Below, piece after piece: positions 13,600 to 26,086 of a stretch of DNA of 64,000 nucleotides. The stretch comes from Neoechinorhynchus agilis (lineage: Eukaryota > Animalia > Acanthocephala). The notes beneath the pieces were generated by a model that was not told where the DNA came from, did no database searches, and worked only from the letters and a program-made list of their open reading frames with translations. The DNA is taken from assembly GCA_051530055.1 (NCBI GenBank), contig CM121341.1, forward strand, positions 18,082,784 through 18,146,783. The letters are read 5' to 3'. Numbering within the stretch: position 1 is the stretch's first letter; every line of letters begins with the position of its first letter. The position numbers were made by a program, and so were the translations under genes.

Positions 13600-15400
13600 A
13601 CGCAAGACTTGGCCTTACCCGCATTCCTCGTCTCACTTTACGCGAGTCGTGACAATTCCGTTAACATTACTGCCAAGACCAACGATCGACACTACCCAGA
13701 CTATCCGAGGCACCAAACTTGAACAGCAAACATTCATCTTGAGATTTTACGATCGCTCAAATGGTCCACAAATCACTACGTCAACGCGACAAAAAACAGG
13801 AGTAAACCAAACCTTCATCGCTTGCTCGGAGGAAGACTGCCTCGTCTCAACGTTTGTCAAGTTGCCTAACGGGCTCAAAAAACTTCACCCCCGTCCCTTT
13901 ACCTGCGATTTCTGCCAAGCCGTTAAGACAACTACCTCAAAATTCAATTAAAAACCGTCGTTATTGCTCAAACGCACTCGACTTCCAATTTACCAATTTC
14001 CCTATCACAATCAACACCCTCGAGTCCCAAAATATTTCAAAGATTACCAGAAATCATTCCTCCGAATCGATCAACTTTAAAAAAGTCGATAAAACTCAAC
14101 CAAGGTTCCCACCTTCTTTGATTACCTACGCAAAGAACCTTCTCCCACAAGACCTTTAATTTTAAAACGTCCTTCCACCTCTACCACTCACCCTTACCGC
14201 CAAACCAATCTTCCTAGGCAATCACCGCAGGTGGCATACAGCAACCAACAATATCATAATATATCATTCCACTATGACTCTACACATAATATCTTCCTCT
14301 CAGGTATCCCAGAAATCACAGCATTATCCAAATGAGACATTCAGAAACACTATATTCATCACCTTAATATCGTCGGTCGACAACTCTTTCTCAAATCATT
14401 GGCTCTCTTTCCTTCCTCGATCTCCTTCCAGCGCATTCCCAACAAAAACTAACGACTATCGTCCTCGGCAACTCAAAATCACTTTCCATCTACAAAACAT
14501 CGCACCCTCCTTCTTTCAAAAGCGCTTATTGTACCGAATATGCCCAGACCCCTCACTTCTAACTGTGAATTCTATCCAGCATTCACCTATTCACAACGGT
14601 TTTTTCTCCCCTGTCAATAACTTAATACCAGCGAAACCCTACTCTCAGAACTCACATGTAAATTTTTGCATGCCTCCGCAAATCCCTACCGTATGTTGGC
14701 AGAATCAAACATCATCGCGAAATGAAAAACCGCTCAGAAACTTATCCACTTAGCTCTTCCCCACAAGACAATTCCCGCAAACTACACCCCCTTCAAGCTC
14801 TTTTAAACAAACGTTTCACGCCATTCTTTTCACTAACATAAATAAGAATTTTTTGCCTAAACTAAATCATCTTTCGTTATTAGCCTCTTCCACCAACGCA
14901 GACATTTTGGCCATTGTGGAAACATGGCTGCACTCCTCCAATTTCGACATCGCCTTAATTCCGGACTACACAACTTTTCCACTCTTACAGTCTCCATTTT
15001 CGTTCGCTCCGTCCTCCCTTACTCCCTCTCCCCTTCAGATCCACACCAATCACCATACATAGAGTATACCAACATAACAAACACTCTCTCTCAAACTCAG
15101 CTAAAAATTATCCATCATCGGTATCTTTCATCCTCCCTCGGCTAATCTACAAATGGCATCACATGAGATTGATGCAGTGATAGCAATTCTTCACTCTCTC
15201 GATCTTGAACATTTTATCATTCTTGTCAATATCAATAATCTTCATACGCCAATATCTTTTCGTGACTTCGCACAGTTAGTAAAATTCCTACCCGACACAA
15301 TTCACATCTCGATAAAATCTTTGCTAACATATACAAATACAAGGCTGCTAAAAAACTAATAATCCTTTCTCCCTTCGCTCCGCCTCGGTGTGTACGGTCA
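13600..15400 (+). mobile_element. Degenerate CR1/L2-type LINE, 5' part (ORF1 remnant plus APE endonuclease)
   Basis: ORF1-like Cys cluster (IACSEEDC...FTCDFC); APE motif ADILAIVETWLH at about 14.9 kb; many stops and frameshifts; C/A/T-rich strand bias shared with the other CR1/L2 fragments. Confidence 0.7.
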
Positions 15401-15862
15401 TTCCCCTTTACGGTCTGGGATTAAAGAGATCAACATATTTTTGCAGTTATCGAAGTAGTCTCGCGTAATCTCTCTTCCCACAGAAAATCTATTTTTCACC
15501 CAAGCCCCACAGAGGCTGCGCTTTCTCTAACTAATATACTCTCCTTTTACATGACTGCAGTTATTCCTAGGAAAACCGCTTGCCTTTCCAACCAAGATTA
15601 ACCTTGAATGTCCCGTTTCTTGAAAATACTTCAAATAAAGGTGAATAAAGCATACCACGCATACACTCTTGGTTTTCCCCGCCTTCAATCCTCTCTTGCT
15701 CATCACATTCTCAACTCGCGCAAGACCTTATGAAAATGCGATTTCCAAACTTGTGTATATTTCAACACAAATACACCTCAGATCATATAATAAGAAATGG
15801 ATATTTTTAATTGTCAGTGGTAGATGCGATCCACACAGAGCCTACATTAGGATGATACTCCA

Positions 15863-16042
15863 TTAGCACATCCTCGTTGGATAGCTTGGTCTACAAACCA
15901 TGACCCATCTGAGTTCAGGCCCAGGCATATATGGCTGTATGGGTGGCTGTATCGGTGGCGGCATTGGTGGCGGTATATATGGCGGCGGTGGCGGATAATA
16001 GTAGTCATTAGAATATCGTGGTCGTGAACCACCTCCACCCAT
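15863..16042 (-). CDS. 59-aa Pro/Tyr-rich micropeptide A (not in the ORF track)
   Basis: MGGGGSRPRYSNDYYYPPPPPYIPPPMPPPIQPPIQPYMPGPELRWVMVCRPSYPTRMC*. TATATAG lies at about 16185-16179, roughly 30 nt before an Inr-like CAGT. It resembles the neighbouring ORF. Confidence 0.7.
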   Translation of the reverse strand: MGGGGSRPRYSNDYYYPPPPPYIPPPMPPPIQPPIQPYMPGPELRWVMVCRPSYPTRMC

Positions 16043-16755
16043 AATTCTGCTGTTCTTGGAGAGTTGAGAAGTTTTAGAAAAAGTTAAACGGTAACGAGCT
16101 GAGCTACGTTATATGTTTCATTACCCGTCTAACGGTAGTCCGATTGTGTCACTGTTACAAATGCTTGCAATGAGTCTTCTATATAGTAGATGTGTTGAGC
16201 AAGCGGGGTTGCTTCTGTGCTCCCATTTAAGTGAGTCATCTCAACAGTATGAGATGTAAAACGCACTTGTCAATCGACTTCAAAGGTTATCATTCTACTT
16301 GCCACATTGATAATTGCTAAGGTCAAAGTTCGCTTTAAGTTAAATAATTTTAATGTTAAAACAGCGATACACTACAAACGTTTAAATGATTTACACAACT
16401 AGTGTTCATCAAAGAGGTTTGTAGGTGACCCATCGTCTCATTTTTCTTAAACTTCAATATATATGCACATATTTGTGATCGATTCGAATATCGACTTTCT
16501 CACATTTTGATCGAACGAAAATTGGACCAAACAGTTTATTTTATATCTCAATTGCTTTTTAAAGAGTAGCAAGAATGAAAGCTTCGTTAGTCCAGCAAAA
16601 TTCAACCGCTCATATAATTATGCGCTAAATTAGCTCTTTTTTTCCTGTATTCTTTATAAATGTGACTTTGTAAACCCAACGAAACACTCAATAATTCTCT
16701 ACTATTTATTTTATACAAAATAGTCTATATTGCCTTGTGTCATGGTCAAGGGACA

Positions 16756-16935
16756 TCAAAAGAAACCTGGACAGTTTGGGGTGAAGATAATTATTGGTCC
16801 TGATTGCCGTGGTGGTCGCGGTGGAGGATACATCGGTGGAGGATAGATTGGTGGAGGATACATCGGTGGGGGATAGTAATCTTGTGCATAGTATACATCC
16901 GAATACCGTCTTCTTCTACTTCTGCCTGAACCCAT
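16756..16935 (-). CDS. 59-aa Pro/Tyr-rich micropeptide B
   Basis: MGSGRSRRRRYSDVYYAQDYYPPPMYPPPIYPPPMYPPPRPPRQSGPIIIFTPNCPGFF*. The second Met of the track ORF was chosen by similarity to peptide A. TATAAAG lies about 65 nt upstream. Confidence 0.72.
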   Translation of the reverse strand: MGSGRSRRRRYSDVYYAQDYYPPPMYPPPIYPPPMYPPPRPPRQSGPIIIFTPNCPGFF

Positions 16936-17140
16936 TTTATGACTCTTGCTTGGCGTAAAAGAAAAAATTGAGTCTAGTGAAATCATAATACTACGGTACT
17001 TTATAGGTAAATGGTGCCAGCAGCGTGTTTACCTGGCAAGAGCCTTTCATTGGTTTCTATTTTTAAAGTCAAATGAGTAATAAGAACAACCTATCGAATC
17101 TGCCTTCTTGCTCATTGCCTTTTCACTCACTAAAAAACCT

Positions 17141-17740
17141 TTATTTTCTCTTCGTTACGTAATCTACCACATCCTTATTTGCTAAAACCGAATCACGAAC
17201 AACTGCGAGTTTCGGATATTTTTCGTAGACACTTGGATCGAACAGTTCGATATTCTGGAGGAAATCGAAGACATAAAGATCCGCCCATGATAATGCATTG
17301 CCTACCATATAACCTTCTGTCCCGAACATATCCTTAAGTTTGCACAATCTTTGCAATGTTTGTGGCATTGTTTCTTCAGTGAATTTCTCAGTCGCCTTTT
17401 CTTTTGCCGCTCCCTGTAAGCGATATAAGATCGGTAGGCATACAATGTTTCCATCCAAGGCAGTGTCCACGACGGAATCAATCATTGCAGATTCGAGATC
17501 ATGATCACCGGCTAGACCATGTTTTCGCGCAAAGTATCTCGCTATTGCAAGACTTTGAGGAATTATTATATTATTCTCATCAAGTTCCACTACTGGGAGT
17601 TGACCAAGCGGTGTTTTAGGTTTTAAAGTGACCCAAGCTTCATGAGCGATTTGATTGTCGTTATATTTGACACCAGCAGCAGCCAAAATCAATCGTGTAA
17701 TCTCGGCACGTCCACGAGCTTTAAAATAAGTGAGTCGCAT
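17141..17740 (-). CDS. GST: Glutathione S-transferase, sigma-like class, intronless (199 aa)
   Basis: MRLTYFKARGRAEITRLILAAAG (catalytic Tyr), TPLGQLPV, IIPQSLAIARYFARKHGLAG and C-terminal LSWADL. The start is placed at Met22 of the track ORF. Confidence 0.95.
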   Translation of the reverse strand: MRLTYFKARGRAEITRLILAAAGVKYNDNQIAHEAWVTLKPKTPLGQLPVVELDENNIIIPQSLAIARYFARKHGLAGDHDLESAMIDSVVDTALDGNIVCLPILYRLQGAAKEKATEKFTEETMPQTLQRLCKLKDMFGTEGYMVGNALSWADLYVFDFLQNIELFDPSVYEKYPKLAVVRDSVLANKDVVDYVTKRK

Positions 17741-18182
17741 GTCGTCGAGTAACACAAATACTAGATTTTTCCTAAGTTCTCTGTGTATATAAGCGCTTGA
17801 CAAAAATGCGATTACTCATCAACAGCGTGAGAAATTCTTATTTTCGTCTTAAGAGATGGCTTTACAGAGTTGAATAAAGACGGCGACTGTTGGAGGATGT
17901 TAGGCTTCGATTATATAAAATTCAATTAAATAATTGCAACCAACAATGTGGAACCTATGGGCTACGGACATTTGTTGAAAAAGCGATTTAAACCTAAAGA
18001 TTTGTAAAATGGTGATATCTAGTAAGCCATTCTTATAGTCAATACAAAAGATTAAGCGCAGTCTTGTGAGCTAGGTCTTTTGGCTGTATTATGATTTATT
18101 GTATATCGTTGTTTTGTTTCATTAAAAAAAATTTCAGAGTTTCGATAAGTTTATTCTATTCAATGAAGTACAAAACGTGCAA

Positions 18183-18302
18183 TTACTACCGTGTGCAAAA
18201 TTGGAGCTTCTATCCTTCCTCGGCTGTCGCCATTGCGCTAGCAACATTGCCTCGTTGTACTGCGAGCGAGATATTTTGTCGCAGGAATGGACTTGCTCGT
18301 GC
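18183..18302 (-). mobile_element. Short CRE-clade 3'-end fragment
   Basis: Minus strand FLRQNISLAVQRGNVASAM. The 3' flank gcacgttttgtactt is shared with the 38.9 kb copy. Confidence 0.8.
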
Positions 18303-18909
18303 GGCACAAAATATCACCAAATATGCGGTTTTTCATTGAAAATTCATTCTTAAATAAAACTACGTCTTTCTTTGAAGAAATTACGTTCTATTATGCGTTA
18401 TGCTGCTTATTATTTTGTTTGCAGATTGAACTATTCTTGCTTGTTTGTTGTAAAAACGTGGCATTTGTTTTATCAGATAAAACGCATTATTCTCAAAACA
18501 AACTTTTAAATCGTTCTTGAGTCTTTTAAAGGTCGCAAAAATGTGGAAAATACGATTTTGACGAGTTAAACTTGGTCTCGCAACTATTTTCGACCACAGA
18601 AAGCATTGCGCTTGGAAACTACACGGCAAAGCCGCTTTCTCTCTATTTTCTTTCTATGAATGAGGGGATGTATGTAAAAAAATTGTTAATTCCACTGAAT
18701 ATAAACGGAGAAAAGATACTTTCTTTTTGTACCTTTTGCAACACCGGATTTAAGTTCATTGATTTATTTCAGATATTTTGTCGCATAACTCTTACATTAT
18801 CAAGGAAACGTCGTAACAACCCACAAGCAATGACAAACCTTGATAGTGTCTGAATTCTCCGACGAAATATCGGAAATAAATCAGTGAATATTCAATAACC
18901 CACCAATCG

Positions 18910-19230
18910 TTGTAGATTTGACCGTCTTTCCTTGGCGGGAGGGTAAAATTTTTGTTGTTGGATGCAACTTGTGTGGACACGTTGGCAAACTCCAACATCA
19001 GCCACTCGAAAAAAGGTCCAGGAGGAGCGGCGATGGCGGCAGAGGATCGGAAATGCTCAAAATACAGGGAGCTAATCCGAAACCACCACTTTGTACCCTA
19101 CGATGCGGAAACGGCCTTCCTCGTGAAGGACTTGGGGAAACGAATCAACGCGGCGACTGGATCCTAGCCCAAAAATAAGCAGTGCGGTGCAGCGGGGCAA
19201 TGCGGTCAGCATTTTGGCCAGCGCGAGAGA
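18910..19230 (+). mobile_element. CRE-clade endonuclease fragment
   Basis: [22 protein letters not shown]...AAEDRKCSKY and AVQRGNAVSI, with frameshifts and deletions. Confidence 0.85.
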
Positions 19231-19429
19231 TTTTTAGACATGATTTCATGCACCGCTCTGGATCACTTAGTTGCCGTTCTGGTGTAACGGTCGAACGGAC
19301 AGTCGCAGCGTTCCCCCGTTACACAACTAGACTTATGTTTTGTAGGAGGAATACTTTTGATCCCGGATCGTCAATGGCCGAAGTACAAAACGACCCGAGT
19401 ATCTTGACGCCAAAGGGAACGAAATAATG

Positions 19430-21480
19430 ATTTCGACTCAGGTTTTGCGTTCCTCAGCGGCGGTTGCTGTTCCCCCTGGTTTAACGGAGGCGAATTTTAC
19501 GTTGCTGGCAGCGAGCGTGTTCACGAACGAGGTGTCCCAGAGAAGACATTAGCCTTCTCGCCATGGGAATACTGTGACACCGTCCGGTCTACGGCCATCG
19601 AGTCGGCAAAGAATGCTCGGCTCTAGGATGTTGGGCGCATTCACAGAATTAGGAGCACGACTAAGAATCGCGTTCACTTCGGCGTGTAGTGAGTAGCTTT
19701 CGCCTGATTGCCGACAGACGAGACCATAACGTCCCGATGGTTCTGCGGTCGCTCCGCAACGGCAGCGATGGGATGTGCACATCGGTAACCTAAGTCTCAG
19801 GGACACCGCAATCCTTTACCGTCTCGTCGGAGAGAAGGGTACCCACAGAAGCGATTGGGATAGTGTTGAGCAAAAGCACACGATTCTCTTGTAGAGACAG
19901 CCGCCAATCGACTTCGGTTCACCAGGTCACAAGAATCCGAAATTAAAGAGTTGTGAATTCTCGCTACAAGGGGTGAGTCCCAAACTGATTGTTTGCAACC
20001 ATTGGCGGGTACCTGCTCGCTGCTTGAATCTCCACACCAAAGATTAAGTGCCTCCACGAAATCTTCATTTTGTGACTTGCTTCATACGATCCCAAATAAG
20101 CTTGCAGAGAAATATCGGCTGCTTTTCGGATACCCAAACCGCCCGACGACACAAGCAAGGACGTTTGACGCTAGGCCTCGTCCGGCAGCTGAGTATTTAA
20201 AATTTTCTCGAGAAAGGCTTTCACCGTCTCGTCTAATTTTACCAGCTTATCCTTGTGTCTAAAAAAGGTGCTGTGCGCAGCTTATATAGCGATTTCGGAA
20301 TGAAAAGAGTGTTCTTGATCAGGAACAGAGCCTTGCGTGAAGATAATTCATCAACTCGTTCGCATAGCACCGAAAGTTGCGGTTGAAGATTGGCAATCTC
20401 TGCTTTAACATTAGAACCAAAAATGTAGCTTCCTAGAATACTCAACCGGTCTAGAGTGATCAATTCTATCCCGGGGACCAGGTTCTGAAAATCTTTCACG
20501 ATAGTTTGCAGGTTCATCACTAAAATCTTGCATTTCTCAGCATTCAATTCAATTCAATGCCAATTTTCGCCGAATAGAGGGGTTACCTCCGACCGTTGCA
20601 TCGTCCAGGTACCAGCCGTTAAAGCTGCACCGGAGAGAGTGTGCGACGGGATTGACTGCGAGTAAGAAGGCTATTGGGCCCAAAGGATCCCCTCATTGAG
20701 CTCCTCTTTCTGAACACAAAACGTGGTTATTGAACAACGAGGGTGTTAGCGTCCCGTAGACATTAACGAAATAGCGAAATGCTTCTGGTGTGTGATCTCT
20801 AACTACTTCGAGCAAATCTGCTCGGTAAAGTGTGTTGAAAGCATTTTTGCAATCACATTTCAAGATCACGCACGCTATTGAGTTTCCGTTGATGAACGTG
20901 CTTAGTGAATGAACAATCGCCTCAGCGCCACAAGGTATACAGCAGCCTAACCGAGTAGGGCAATGCTGCATCCCTACTTTTTCCGCGATCCTTTTGTTCA
21001 AAATTTTTGCTGTTAAGCGACGCAGAGTTCTTCCAATTACGATGGGGCGAATCCCACGTTCCTTTTTCGCGGGGGCACATAAAGATGTACCAAAAAATAG
21101 CTCAACTCCTTTCAATATCAACTCTCCCCCTGCAAATTGGTCGACCAAGCGTGCCAATGCATCTTCAAACGGGTGAGCGGCGTCACCTACTGAAAAGGAA
21201 GTCATATGCTTCAGGTGTTGGGACCGAAGTCCGTCAATCCCGCGAGCTAATCCGTTAGCAAAAGAGGAGATTGCCATCTTCAATTCTGATTTCGATGATA
21301 AAACATTAGGGATCGCATCAAAGGAGGAGGATTTCACGAAATATTGCCAACCGCTGTCACTGGGATGTTTGGAACGAAGAGTTCGTAAAGTTTCTTCGTT
21401 ACCTTTGGGAGTGACTCACAGCTCTAACATTGGGCGCAGAATCTTTTCGGACACTTGATCTCATTACCGGCGCTCTCACA
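19430..21480 (-). mobile_element. Degenerate CRE-clade element (RT plus Zn-knuckle/endonuclease)
   Basis: Fragments: GIDGLRSQHLK, GIRPIVIGRTLRRL, DCKNAFN, GDPLGP, NGWYLDDAT (RT), CRCG..GRYGLVC and [15 protein letters not shown]. Multiple frameshifts. Confidence 0.92.
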
Positions 21481-22099
21481 ATCGAGGATAGAACGATTTG
21501 AGAAAAGTTCTGTCATGCAAATCCACATTTCATGACCTACATACTCTCACCAGTGCCGTTGTAACAAACAGTCGCTTTCGATCCATTGATGTCTATTGAA
21601 TAAGAGAACACGTTATAACTTTGTCGTTTAACAACGTCGACGCTTTGGATATGGATTAAGTAAGCGTTGTTATCGGATCGATTCACAACGATTTCAACAA
21701 TCTTTAAAAATGTAACTCGGTCTTTCGCTTTTCGAATTTTGCGATACATTTATCTTTTAAATTCGAAAATTTGCAATCACAGTTATTATCATCTTGAAAA
21801 ACGCATAATCATTTAACGTCCTGATTGCATTTCCTTATAATTCGACCGGTCGATTATGCACAAACCGGACCTTTTAATCTCACTACCCCGTTCTTTTTCG
21901 CTACGTCCTTAAAAATCGTTTGTAAACTGATTGTCTTTATTAGTAATCGTCAGTTTATTATTAATCTAAATCGAAACGGAACTTTACTCTGAGATCAGAT
22001 GAAACTGCTGGTTACGATAAAATGTCCGCGGAGTTTTTCTTGGAGAATTCGTGATATACATAATATATTTTTAACAATTCAAACAATCTGTTTGAAGCA

Positions 22100-22286
22100 C
22101 ACTCACCACCTCCCGCCAAATTCCAGCTTTTGTCCTTCCTCGACCGTCGCCATCACGCTGGCAGCATTGCCTCGTTGTACTGCCAGCGAGATATTTTGTC
22201 GAAGGAATACGACTGCTCTTGAGTCTCCGGTTGCCTCTATCAATTTCTTCGAGACATCCTTGGAACAGAGAGAGTGCCGAGCTGCC
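22100..22286 (-). mobile_element. CRE-clade 3'-terminal fragment
   Basis: KKLIEATGDSRAVVFLRQNISLAVQRGNAASVMATVEEGQKLEFGGRW*. Confidence 0.88.
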
Positions 22287-22443
22287 GAGCGCTCACTTGA
22301 ACTTAAAATAAAGAGAGCGCTGATGATTTTGAACGCCAGATTTAACGAAAACAAAAAATTCCTCTTGGACTCTTTCCTGATCAGTACGAACCGTGAAAAT
22401 GTTTCGGGACGCAATCGTTCTCTAAACAAACTTTTAAATCGAT

Positions 22444-22762
22444 TACAAAATGCCGGACGCAAAACTCCCTTATCTTTATTTTCTTCGGTGCCCTCTGAGA
22501 TGCATAAAAGAGCATCGAGTCTTCATTGGGCATTGGCACGAGGCCGACGCTTACTGTTAAAGTGTTTTATTCGCACTTAAATGTACGTTTTGACCATAAG
22601 GCCAAGATTTTGCAATGCGCACGCTATAAAAGTTGAAACTTTTTCCAATAGTGCGTCATCGTAAGAAGTCTAAACGAGACTTTTTCCTAAATTGTAGAAG
22701 AACGGCAATTTCTTTAAATGTTGTTTTTGAGATCCTTAGCATTTAATTAACTCTTTTACTGT
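22444..22762 (-). repeat. Dispersed repeat copy 1 (copy 2 at about 29932-30215), with a degenerate hammerhead-like motif; Penelope pLTR-like
   Basis: About 230 bp of high identity to 29932-30160, plus weaker similarity beyond. Minus strand reads CTTACGA-TGAC...GGTC-AAAACGTAC...AATAAA. Confidence 0.75.
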
Positions 22763-23923
22763 ACAGCAATGGTTTTGATTTTAAAATCTTCTCTTTTTTG
22801 GTATTCGGTTCAATAATCAATTAGAACGGTTAAATTTAATTTTAAGATAAAATTAAAAATAACGTAATGGAGAATAAAGAAACAAATAAACCAACTCATT
22901 CGAAAAAGTTTACGAGGACGTTCCATTCGTTACAAAAAATTAAAATGTACCTTTTATTTTCGTCGCTTTTTAAGAAAAAAATAAACTCTTCAAAATAGAA
23001 GGGCGTTTCAAGAGGATTTAAGCCCAGTCGGCCCGAAAGGATTTGTTCGTGAAATGTTATCCAATCTGCTCTGTACATTCACGATCACTAATTTAGAAAT
23101 CGTGAACATCGAACTCAAAACTAAACTGATGTAAAATTTTGAGATTCTGAAACGCCAGTCATTTGAAATCGCAATTGTGTCAAATTAATGCTTTTTGCCT
23201 TGCAAACAAGCAAATTGAGCGTTAATGTTGGCACGCTTTTGAACTTAGACGCCCATCAACGCCAAGCCTTCATCGTGCCGTAAAACAACAAACAGGATGG
23301 TCATTTAAGAAGAGCAAAGTTCTTGAACGATGAGATTATTTGACGCACTTGTATAATTCTTTACTATTTAAACGCGCACATTTTTAAATTTATTACGTCA
23401 CGTTAATTTCACTATTTATTCAGTAACAATTCAATTTTACAATGATCATCAAACAATCACTTTATTCGGCATGGGATATTTCTTTGTTACAAAAAAGATT
23501 TTTGAACGCCAACGGCAGCCCTCAATTGTATGAAGTTCGGATTTACTCGACTTTTTGATGTTCCTGTATCCTGGTTGTCTATTTTAATCACTGATATAAA
23601 TAAGTCTGAACGAATAGGGTCGTCGTCTGAGCGAATTCGAATTGAAAAAAAAACATCAAGAAGATGAAGATAAAAAAACTTGGAATTTCTCGTGCTTCAA
23701 TGCTCAAGCAACCGGCGACCTTATTTTTAATGTCCAATCGAACGCATAACGATTATCAAGAATCGCCGAAAACAATTCACTTTGAAAAAGCGAAATATCG
23801 ACGAAAATAAAGTTCGATTTTTAAAGGGAACAAATAATGTAATCGAATAACTGAATTGGAAAATTCTTTACAAGAAGGATATCATTTTCGGATTTCCTTT
23901 TAAGAAACATAAATCGGTGTGAA

Positions 23924-24319
23924 TTCTCGCGTTGAGGGAGTCACTCAAGCATGAAAGTCTGCCATCGCGATGATAAGGTACGCATCCAAATAAAAGAGCG
24001 ATGGGCCTAGAAGTTTCTTTTCCTAGAGACGTTTTAGGACAAGACGAGATATTTCCTGACAAACGCTCGAGATCATGCTCATAGCGATAATTTCTATAGT
24101 TTGAATCTCAACTTTCTGCACCAACAGAAAGCAAGCCACAATCTGCGAGGATGAGGAGTGGCGGGTCTGTCTAAGGTGATGCAGGAGTGGTTTCGGCCTG
24201 TTTCCGAAGGTGATCGAGTCTCTTGAATGGCTTCGGCCTTTGAGGACGGCAGACGACGCTTCCTGAGCAGTTAGGCTCAAAAATAAAATAAAATGAAAGA
24301 AAATATTCGATGATATGTG
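23924..24319. repeat. Dispersed ~380-bp repeat, copy 1 (copy 2 at 38061-38434); unclassified
   Basis: Shared from tctcgcgt...gtcactcaagcatgaa to aaatattcg(a/g)tgatatgtg. Confidence 0.85.
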
Positions 24320-24529
24320 AATGCTGGACTATGCCATGAAATCTCTTCAAAACTAAGGCTTGGAGAGGCCTATTTTGTTTCTGAGACCGCAAATGAACGA
24401 TCTTCGTCGAGGAATATCTTTCTTTTTTTCATATCTCTAATCGAATTGAAATGTTAGAGAAGAGAAACACATAAACATGAGTACTCAGCGACAAGCGACA
24501 TTCGTCTCATTTTAAAATATTTATGAGAT

Positions 24530-24770
24530 TAAGTCCTCTGAGCTCATGCTCCAATTTTGAGGAAAGTCTCGGAAACATAATGGATCTCACTGAGGACAAC
24601 CGCTTTAAAAACGAAGATTGAGCGTCGATCGGAGATTCCATGATTGTCTTGAAGATGAGCTTGTTGATTGCTTGACTTTCGGTGTTTATGATATGCGGTT
24701 TAAACAATACTTTTGGAACCCGCAATCGCTCACAGGAAATCTGATATCTCTTGCATTAGAATGCTAGGAA
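24530..24770 (+). mobile_element. Possible Gypsy/Ty3 gag remnant
   Basis: RFHDCLEDELVDCLTFGVYDMRFKQYFWNPQSLTGNLISLALEC resembles the gag C.F...L...L.D....G..D pattern. The frame is broken and the match is by eye only. Confidence 0.3.
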
Positions 24771-24959
24771 GCCGATTCTCATGGAATCGCAAGAACTGTA
24801 CATTCCCGGTAAACTGTCACAAGTTTGTTCAAGACCCTCGTTTCGTCTGCTAATTTATTTTCAACACTGAGGTCATCATCTAAAGTTTTCTTTAATCTTT
24901 CGAGCGGTTTCAAAATCAGCAGAACGATTGAAGTAGCTTAACAGAAAAGGAGTAAAATC

Positions 24960-26040
24960 TCTTAATGTCTTGACCGGCGATATCGATCATTAACGAGATG
25001 ACTCGTAGATAATGCCATCTCCACAATCAAAAACCATTCCCATGGATGCTCTCACTCATTTCTTGAATGTGGTTGTTTATTTTGGAGTGGATGACGGGTT
25101 CGCTTGGGTGTGAAAGTTGGTGGTTATTGTTTGTAGGGGAGTTAACTAGGTTCTACCTTTGCTCCGGTTTATTTAGAGTCATGATATCCGAGAAGATTGT
25201 GCAGTGGGGAAAAAGAAGCGGTGGAAGGGGGAGGTGCGAAATAAAGGCGGATTAAAGGAATTGAGAGTGTTGTGCTCTTGTGAAAAAGTGAATAAAGTGC
25301 GATAAAAATTATGGTGGTAGGGATGAGAGGCGTTTTGATTGTTTCTTTGGAAAATTTATAAATGCATTCAATGAGCGGGGAAAGCAATTGTGCAAATTTT
25401 AGAGACGCTTTTTTGAAACATTTCAAGGCGACGGATTTGAGATTTGGATAGGTTGCAAAAGGCGGGATGATCGTAAGCGAGGGATGGTTGGATAAAGCTG
25501 TAGCAAATTTGAGAGATCGGGAGAAGGGACTCCTAAATTGCGGAGGCGTTTGGGGTGGTAAACTTTAAAGGCATTGCGCTTGAGGGAAAGTGTAATGTGC
25601 AAGTTCCATTTAAGATTTGATTAAAATTGTAAACCCAGAATTTTTATGCAGGGAGGTGAAGTGTCAGATTTCTTTTTTAACAACGGGGTAGGATGTGAGG
25701 TTACGGGAGAGCGACGAGATCATTTCGAAGCATTTGTAGAAGTTCAGGTAGAATTTGTGATTGGTGCAGAAATTTTAGATGTATGTGATCTCGTTAGAGG
25801 TTAAGGAGAGGGGAGGTGGGAGGGGGGGGGTGATTTTGTGCTGAGGGTGAGATCATCGGTATATAAGAGAAGTTTAGAGTGAGAAGAGAGGTTTATATTC
25901 GTCGAAGAAAATATTAAAAAAGAAATGGTGACAGGGCGACACCTTGAGGGACGCCTTTGGTGCAATGAATGTATTGTTGGCGATTGTGAAGACAACAAAG
26001 AGGCCAAGCAGTGGATTTGCAACGCGTTTAAACCGAAATC
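24960..26040 (-). mobile_element. Degenerate CR1/L2-type LINE reverse-transcriptase fragment
   Basis: LLLYTDDLTLS (YADD-like motif). Similar in sequence and composition to the 34.2 and 47.7 kb fragments. Confidence 0.75.
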
Positions 26041-26086
26041 GGAGCAGGTGCTAAAGTCAAATGTATTGATTTTAGCTCTCGCTCAC

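Noticed and set aside
17741-17803. N-terminal extensions of the GST ORF and of micropeptide B (16936-16986) in the ORF track
   Set aside because: These use non-ATG starts. The GST extension overlaps its TATA-like box, and family or paralogue similarity begins at the downstream Met.
21537-23078. Short ORFs 21537-21749 and 22896-23078, and an open frame at about 40515-40695
   Set aside because: They look protein-like, but are short, unrecognised and surrounded by TE debris.
24060-24270. Both copies of the 380-bp repeat keep TGA at the same positions in a long + frame, hinting at TGA reassignment
   Set aside because: None of the conserved host genes needs in-frame TGA, and TGA terminates the golgin and other ORFs. 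Shared stops reflect common descent.
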